In this document: positions 56,101-64,000 of the stretch, one piece after another
How the letters are laid out: each line of letters begins with the position of its first letter
How positions within the stretch are numbered: position 1 is the stretch's first letter
From: Phoronis australis
Taxonomy: Eukaryota > Animalia > Phoronida
Length of the DNA stretch: 64,000 nt
Reading direction: 5' to 3'
Assembly: GCA_002633005.1 (NCBI GenBank)
Contig: NMRA01000652.1
Span: 145,155-209,154 of the forward strand
Program-made: the position numbers and the translations under genes
The notes under the pieces: model-generated
Database searches by the model: none
What the model saw: only the letters and a program-made list of their open reading frames with translations
Told to the model about the DNA's origin: nothing

Positions 56101-57439
56101 ATAATGTATATTACATGTCGTGTATATTAATTGGCTTTATATAATGTTCATTGTGTGTTTTATGTATATTAATTGACCTGCTTCCATGTTTATTATGTGT
56201 CGTGTGTACTAATTGTCAAGTTATTATGCTTGTGTGTCGTGCATATTGTTTGATTTCATACCATGTATTGTTTGACGTGTACATTAATTGCAATTTTATC
56301 AATGTTATTATATGGTGTATATTACTTGACTTTGTATCATGTATGTTGTGGGTGTTATATATTTCTTGATTTGCTACTGTGTAATCAGTATTTTAATTGA
56401 CCTATTCCTCCTAAAGATTAAGAAGAAGACAGACGGCGGCCGCCCGAACATCACACAGGTCAAGTATTTAATTTCATAAATTGTCAGTGGTATTATGTAT
56501 ATTATTTGTCGTGTATTTTACTTGGCTTTTTATCATATTCATTTTGTGTTATGTATACTAAATGACCTGTTATCATATTTGTTGTTTGTCGATCACATAA
56601 ATGGACCTTTTATCATGTTTATTGTGTGCCGTTTATACTAATGGACCTGTTGTCATGTTTATTGTGTGTCTTGTATATGATTTTGTTTTATTATCATGTA
56701 TTGCGTGTAGTGTGCATTGATTGAATTGTTATCGTGTGTATACATTGATGTATATTAATTGACTTGTGTTATCATGTATATTACAAGTCGTGTTTATAAA
56801 TTGACTTTTTATCATGTTCGTTGTGTCTTTTGTGTATATTATTTGACCTGTTTCATGTTTATTGTGTGTGGTGTGTATTAATTGTCAAGTTATTATGTTT
56901 GTGTGTCGTGCATATCTTTGATTTCTTAAGATTATTGTGTGACGTGTTCATTAGTTGCAATTTAACAAGGGTATTATTTGGTGTATATTACTTGAATTTG
57001 TATCATGCGTGTTGTGGGTGTTATAGGGTTGTTCAATTGCTACAATGCAATTTGTACATTAATCTACCTATTCCTCCTAAAGACGGACGACAGACGGCGG
57101 CCGCCAGGACATCACACAGGTCAATATTCAATTACTTAAACTTTTTGTGTTATCATGTACGTAATTTGTGCTGTATATTAATTGACTTTTTATCATGTTC
57201 CTTGTGTTTGTTGTGTATATTAATTGACCTGCTTTCATGTTTATTGTGTGTCATGTGTATTAATTTTCAATTTATTATGTTTGTGTGTCGTGCATATTAT
57301 TTGATGTCTTACCATGTATTGTTTATCGTATACATTAATTGCATTTTATCAATGATATTATGTAGTGTATATTACTTGACCTTGTATCATGTATGTTGTG
57401 GGTGTTGTATATTTGTTGACTTGCTTCTATTTTTCATGA
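53200..57439. repeat. Higher-order satellite: about 390-bp and about 660-bp units with a GC-rich NotI head and TG-rich subrepeats
   Basis: GACAGACGGCGGCCGCC head with NotI sites at 53642, 54019, 54405, 54796, 55189, 55853, 56436 and 57097; degenerate TTATCATGT..TGTCGTGT..ATTAATTGAC subunits lie between them; N breaks at 56057 and 57440. Confidence 0.95.
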
Positions 57440-57618
57440 NCTCCCGAACGCAAACTAACTCACGTTCGCGAGAGAAAAAAATGACCCCCAAGAAAACGCG
57501 AGACTTCCACTAATTAAGTAAAAAAATCACTAGGCCTGTCGTTCAGCATTTTGGTGAAAAATCTAGCGTGCGCGTGAATGGGCGTGCAACCACTGAGGGA
57601 GGGGAGGTGATCTGAGTT

Positions 57619-57780
57619 GATTGGCAATTAGACTACCAGCGGAAAGGTGTCACCCGGGGGAGGGGTGAGGATTTCACAGCCACCGCCGGTGTCAATCAAG
57701 GAGGGCAAACATACAACTTTTATGTGCTTGGGTGGCGCAGCACTGAAAAAAGTGGGGGGCTAAAGCCCCCTCAGCCCCCT
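57619..57780. repeat. Dispersed repeat with a near-identical copy at about 58904-59086
   Basis: GATTGGCAATTAGACTACCAGCGGAAAGGTGTCACC...CTAAAGCCCCCTCAGCCCC occurs twice. Confidence 0.85.
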
Positions 57781-58687
57781 GTGGTGCATCGCCTGTAGAC
57801 CATGTGCGGCGTAGCACTGAAAAAAGTGCGGGGGGTTGTAGCCCCGCAGTCCCCTATGGTTCGCCGCCCCGTGACGAACAAAACTTGATTAAAAAGTTTA
57901 CACAGGCTCAGCGTTATGCTCATGGAGACTTACAAGAGTATGAGCTGTGATACAGTTCTCGCTGCGCCTTTTGAATTCGAGATACTTCTATAAGTAGTTT
58001 CAAGTTGTTCTCTAAAAGAATATTTGATGCAGAGTTATACTTTGATGTGGATTTCACTGTGAGCTGAGTAAAATATTAAAGTTCGTATCGTATAAATTCT
58101 ATTTATTAATTTGAACCATTTTGACACGGCGTTTACCACCAAAATAACGAATTTCATTATCATATACCAGTTNTTCAATAAGCCGGCGGCAGCAGGTCTG
58201 ATCAGTGCGCAAGCAAAGAAATAATATGTTTGTGAGAGGCGAGATGTCCGGTGCGGGATTGAGCGGCCTGCAATGAGTTTTGTGGACCCTGAAAGGGTGC
58301 GCTTTCAGGAAATACTTTGTGATTGAGCGAAGTGGCACAAGAGTAGGGAACTTTGTGCGAGGGTCTAGGATATATGGCGCTTGCGGGCGATGAATAATAT
58401 TAGACGCAGGATTGGTCTCATTTAGAGTAATGACTGTAAGGAATATCTTCGTGAGCTTGAAAAATGTCTGGGACCTCGAAACATGTTGGTGAATACGCAT
58501 TTGTCCCAATAAATGTCATTTACGAAAGCTAACCGGAACCTTCTTTTAGCCCTTCTGCAAGTAATGGAAGACACATCCATATTATTAAAAAGTTCCCGTA
58601 CCAACAGCAAATTCGCGCTTTGAAATTTGATTATACGAAAGATTCGTTGTCCCTCAGTAGTACGGGAATTTGCAGTATTTAAAATTA

Positions 58688-58826
58688 TTTTTCGAGCTGA
58701 CGATTGTCTCAGTAAAAAACATATACTTGATATTAGGTCCCTGTACACACGTTTTTAGGTACGTTTTAAGGGCAATGCATTCAGCGCCAAAATCACAACG
58801 CAATTAGGGCGATTTTTTCGCTTGTC
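58688..58826. repeat. About 140-bp near-identical repeat (second copy at about 60266-60404)
   Basis: TTTTCGAGCTGACGATTGTCTCAGTAAAAAACATATAC...TTTTCGCTTGTC occurs twice; the first copy is cut by the N at 58827. Confidence 0.85.
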
Positions 58827-61669
58827 NAAAGTCACTAAACTTGTTATGGCTCGTGAATGGTCGTGCAATAACCGGATATGGAGGATTGGGACGTATCGAG
58901 TACGATTGGCAATTAGACTACCAGCGGAAAGGTGTCACCTAGGGGAGGGGTGAGGATTTCACAGCCATCGGCAAGAGGAGGGGGTGCCAAAGGAGGTGTC
59001 AACCAAGGAGGGCAAACATTCAACTTTTATGTGCTTGGGCGGCGCAGCACTGGAAAAAGTGGGGGCTAAAGCCCCCCTCAGCCCCCAAGTTAACGGGGCT
59101 GAAGGCAAAACATGCCCGACTACCACCGTGGATAATTTGCGTTATTGACTTCCTAAATATAACTGATGCGTAGTCACTTAAGTTAGACATGCCATTTGTA
59201 TCCAGGTCCTCATATGGCTCATGCAGCGAGAGGGGGGTGTCAACCGGCTGTTAGGAGAAATGACACTGCAGGAGAGCAATAGAGAATACACAGCAACAGA
59301 TTAGTCAATTTGCTGCACGTGAACTTGGAAACTCGCAAAATCTTAAGATCGCGTATGCGTGAAGTTGGAATACACGAGGAAACTTGACAAGTTCACTCAG
59401 CTATTGACGATCTTATTATTCACCGAACTATATTTCCCAGATTCTTTGACACAAGTTACAGTAAACATATGGAGAAAATAGATGGACGTGAGGCCCATTA
59501 TTCCAAAAATTCTTAGCACTGAACAAAATCCAAATCAATATTCATTTCCAAGTTGTCGCATACGCTATCTAGAGATTAAGTTCACGCACAGCAAATATAT
59601 CACTAACACAAGCCTCTATGTTACTAACAAGAATACTCACACGAACTGTACCTCGAATAGCGTACATATATGGGTTATCCCACATACACAGGAATACTAC
59701 TACCAAATATCATTGAGAATTCCTTTCATCTGACTATGTCCCAACGGAACCAAAGCGGTAGTATTCCAATGTATGTGGGATAACCTATTTCTACCGTATA
59801 CGTGAACTTATTTATATCATGGGGCAATAGTTTATAGCCGTGTTCTCCGGCATGCTGTTCGTATGACAACATATACTTGTATATGTCAAGCTGGTATCCA
59901 AGCGACACGATTTTTTGTGAAAGTTTCGAATAACCAGTCAAGTTTTATTTTATAATAAATTGATAAGATTGTCAAATATACGAGTTATAGCACTGAACCA
60001 TTCAATAATATCAAACGTTTTTCGTAAACTTAGAAACAATTCATCCAGTTCAGCAGTGCGTCATTTTAGCTCGATGAATTTCTTAGTTTTATTCGTTTAT
60101 GTAATAGATTCCTGACTGTAAATAGTAATAGGAATAGTTCCCGGTGATGATCACAGCATTGGAAAATAACGGCGGAAACTGTGCTGATTTACAGAACTTG
60201 AGGATGGACTTAATCGCAGAAACAGATTTTAGGTTACAAGGGACAGCTAAGGAGAGTTGAGGAACTTTTCGAGCTGACGATTGTCTCAGTAAAAAACATA
60301 TACTTGATATTAGGTCCCTGTATACACGTTTTTAGGTACGTTTCAATGGCAATGCATTCAGCGCCAAAATCACAATGCAATTAGGGCGATTTTTTTCGCT
60401 TGTCATGGTATATTTGTGTATAAAATGTATTATTTTTAAACCTAAAAAGAGGCTCACTATTATATATACTGTATTCATTCATGATTTTGTTATTTAGTCT
60501 GACCCATTCTGTAAGTCCTTAAGTACATTTATTTTAATAAAGCATGTTGAATTTGTACTTCCTTGTTTGATGATAGCTTTATCAGAAAAATCGAGAAGTG
60601 AAGCATGAGGATGAGAAATTAGACAAAATAATATTACACTTTTGGGGCAAGTTGCACATAAGTTATACGCCGCATAGCAACAATGACGTCGCATTATCAC
60701 GCGTCACGTTGTTATTGTTGAACAATGCACCTGACGTCATGCAACAATCAAACTTATCCAGCTGATAACTTCGAAGTTTTATGCAACTCAGCCCAGTTGT
60801 ACACAACTTAAAAATCTTTAACAATAACGTTTTATTTGATTACGTACGAAGCTTGGTGATCACTTTCTTCAACTGTCAAAAATACCACACGTTGACGGTT
60901 ATTCGTAATTAAGATAATTAAATTCCGTAAATAACAAATAATGCACATACCGGACACGATTAGGTAATATCATATATAAATGTTATTGGAAGTATGCAGA
61001 AGTTAACACGTCACCTTTGATGGCGTAACCTGCGTTTGCAATTTATTTTAATTAAATATTCACAAATTGGATTGAAAACCACCTGACCTTGCTACCTACT
61101 AAGAAAATGAAAAAAACATTTGTTGTATGTTTTTAGCGACACCCAGTAGAACGGTCCGAATTTAATGTGTATTTCAAGAGTTTAATAAAAAGGCAAAAAT
61201 CTTGAGTCGGATGAAAAAGATTTATCCAAATTCATTGCATCTTGCAACGTAGTAAAGCATCTAATCAACAAAACTTCAAGGCCATTTTGCGTAAATATAT
61301 AAAATGTAGATCACAAACAAAGTCACTTTGTCAAAACAGAATATGATTAACCATTAATTGTAGAATGGACTGACACGTTCATACAATCCTGACAAATTAT
61401 CGGGGGCATGGGGAGCTACGGATCAACTCACGGGGATTGTTGGTCCCCCTGAAACTTATCTTTCGCACGACCAACGATCAATGCCTGCCGCAATGGGTCA
61501 TTCCTTCACGGAGTCACTATTTATGCTAAAGTGGCCGCAATACTTGACCGATATTTTAAGATAACGGGCGCAATTATCGGGTAAAACGGCAAAACATAAA
61601 AATGTCTCTTAAACAATTTTCACCGAGCTATATTATGTTACACTTCAGGGCTGCTCTCGACCGATAGTT

Positions 61670-62710
61670 TAATGACGTTATTAGCAGGCGAAATGACAAC
61701 TCGTCGTTTAACCCTTTGGTTAAGAACATGAGTTCAACCACTATCCTCCCCCAACGCACGGCCCTTCACTATTTGTACCTCGGTCCCCCGACCCCCTCTC
61801 CCGTTTCCGCTGATTGCACGACGATATGCCAGTTATAGATATGACGTAATTAGCGTGCGAAACGTACGACAACACGTCGTTTTAACTTCCCTTTGATTTA
61901 GTTGAATCCAACCCCCACCCCCGCAAATACATCCACTCCTTATAGTCCCCCCGATCCGTATCCGCTGATTCAACGACCGGCGGCGCTAGAATGCGGCATT
62001 TTTTTAACGGAGTCGGCCTGACATAGTGAAATATGACGTAATTAGCAGGCGAAACGACAAAACCTTTTTAAAAAGTCTCTTTTATACTAGCTATAAAGTT
62101 GGAGTTTTGCGTTTTCTCATTGGGTTCATTTTTGGCCTCTTGCGAACGCAAGTTAGTTGCCGTTTGCAAGAAGACAATATTTGTTCTCTCCCCCCTCACA
62201 TCCCCACCCCTCCCCCACACACCCACTCCCCATATAGTCCCCATCTCTGTATCCGCTAATTGCACAACCACCGATATTCCCGGCGCTGTTGCCACACTCG
62301 ATCGATTGTTATTGATATGACGTAATTAGCGTGCGAAACCTACGACAAAACGTCGTTTTACCTTCCGTTTTGAATCCAACCCCACCCCCCGCAAATGCAC
62401 CCACACCTATAGCTACATGTATATTCCCCCAATCCGTATCCGCCAGAATTCGGGTCATTTTTTCACGGAGTCATTATTTATGCTACCCTGGCACAGTGGG
62501 GTATGACGTCATCAGCGGGTGAAACGACAAAACCTTTTTCAAAAACCTCTTTTAACTAAGTTGGAGTTTTGCGTTTTCTCATTGGGTTCATTTTTGGACT
62601 CTTGCGAACGTTAGTTAGTTTACGTTTGCGAGAAGACAACACGTGTTCTCTCGCAAACGTGACCCCGTTCGCGAGAACAACGCCGGTCCTCTCGCGAACG
62701 TGAGTTCATT
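61670..62710. repeat. Modular tandem repeat (alternating A/B modules, about 470-bp period)
   Basis: ATGACGT.AT.AGC..G.GAAA heads at about 61672, 61841, 62033, 62317 and 62503; AAGTTGGAGTTTTGCGTTTTCTCATTGGGTTCATTTTTGG occurs twice. Confidence 0.8.
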
Positions 62711-63361
62711 GGCGGACATCTTGGATCAAGGAAAAACGCTCGGGAGGCGAACATAATTTGTCGCGTATCTTCTCAAATGTTGTAGATTTCACGAAAAAGT
62801 GTGAGTAGAGTGGCGCGCGTGATCCATGAGAGTGGGTAATTGTATATTGCGACACTTCATTTTATTTTTTAAGTATTCCTGACAGAATTTGAAATGGGAC
62901 CAAGTTATCCGACTATTACCTAATATTCCCCAACCAATCGAGGTGATGATTATTTTCGTAAAGAGGCTAGAATTTTCTACAAAACCAACACATTTTCATC
63001 ATTTTAATTGCTAGAGTAAACATAGTTGAGTCTTTTCGTTGCACTCAGTTACTGAATTATTGACTCGAATTTGACACAACTCGCCTGTTATTCAGTAGAT
63101 GAAATCAGGGACCGCTATATCAGACCAGTGACTGCCTGCAACGCCTTGTTTAGTAAAGTTAGTTGAAGATTTTCAGATGTGGAGAACACTGGAACCTGGG
63201 CTGTAGGCAAACAACAGCAGAATATACAATAAAATTACCTTTCGGAATTTTTCAGAGAGCTTCTCGAATTCGTCATGCAGATTACTGCACCGTTCATCAT
63301 GATTTAGGAAACAATTTCCAGAGCACGCAGTGCACGCCATTCATAAAAAGCGCTCTCGCCG

Positions 63362-63417
63362 ATTGGAGGAAATTATTTAATGCGCATGCGCGTAATAACA
63401 GTCCACTTCACTTCCTG
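63362..63417 (+). promoter_or_regulatory. DRAP1 proximal promoter motifs
   Basis: Reverse CCAAT (ATTGG 63362-63366), NRF1-type TGCGCATGCGC (63381-63391) and ETS-type CACTTCCTG (63409-63417), all within 120 bp of the ATG. Confidence 0.6.
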
Positions 63418-63477
63418 CACAACCCAAACGTCGGCTGTGCTAAACTTATTTGCCTTTCTGCTTCGAACTGTCACAAA

Positions 63478-63519
63478 ATGCCCAGCAAAAAGAAGAAGTT
63501 CAACGCAAGATTCCCTCCA
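63478..63519 (+). CDS. DRAP1: First coding exon of Dr1-associated corepressor (NC2-alpha); the gene continues beyond the window
   Basis: caaaATG, MPSKKKKFNARFPP|gtaagt; this matches the conserved DRAP1 N-terminus MPSKKKKYNARFPP. Confidence 0.9.
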
Positions 63520-64000
63520 GTAAGTTTTTAGTCAAGCTAAGATTTGTGGAATGTTCATATGTGTATGTTTTTCCCGAATTTCCATACTTCCTGGCCAGTA
63601 CCAATGTCCTGCTGCAAACTGTAGTAGTTTTGAGTTGAGTAAAAGTGGAGTAAACGGATCCCATGGAGTTCTACCTGTAATGGTGTTATGTCGCAAGTGG
63701 AAAATGGGGTGAATATTGATAGCGATTTATATGAAATTCATGCCCAATTCTGTGCACGTATTTTGAATGACATGTTAATTTCAGGCGGGTCCAGGGCCCG
63801 GTCTCCAATCTCCGTACTCAGACTCATACTCATACTCAAGATTTCATACTCAAAATCGTGCTCACTGGAGTCGTACTCAAAAAAGCGTATCTAATGTCGT
63901 ATTTCGAGTAGACTCCAAACATACTCAAATCTGACACTCATACTCGAGTTGCTATGGAACTCTTTATGATGTGAAATGCAAAATCACGCAAAGCCGCGCT

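Noticed and set aside
53620-57125. Satellite heads as a tandem array of 42-nt micro-exons (IKKTTDGGRQDITQ) or as a CRISPR-like array
   Set aside because: The donor GTCAAG is poor and two heads are 5 nt shorter, which breaks the frame. The intervening sequences are repeats of each other rather than unique spacers, and the context is eukaryotic with no cas genes.
53701-57513. Cys/Val/Ile-rich ORFs in the ORF track
   Set aside because: They are translations of the TG-rich satellite, and the frames are not conserved between units.
58099-58748. 136-aa and 108-aa minus-strand ORFs
   Set aside because: No recognisable domain; they lie between N breaks in repeat-rich DNA.

Overview
Invertebrate animal genomic DNA with GT-AG introns, probably a lophotrochozoan (the species cannot be determined from this window). 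The left two-thirds holds a head-to-head gene pair whose start codons are separated by only 112 bp. TOMM70 is on the minus strand (12 exons, 251-13379, about 609 aa) and a Na+/K+-ATPase alpha subunit is on the plus strand (13492-41578, about 1040 aa). The main finding is in the ATPase gene: two adjacent clusters of duplicated, intact, phase-0 exons that look mutually exclusive. There are two versions of the exon for TM1 plus the extracellular H1-H2 (cardiotonic-steroid-binding) loop and three versions of the TM2 exon, so one gene could make up to 6 pump variants. The right third is repeat-rich intergenic DNA: a degenerate SGNH-hydrolase ORF with direct repeats (Ngaro/DIRS-like remnant), MITEs, a higher-order satellite with NotI sites and several single-N assembly breaks. 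The window ends with the promoter and first coding exon of DRAP1 (NC2-alpha). All exon coordinates were read by eye from splice signals and reading-frame continuity, with no transcript evidence.
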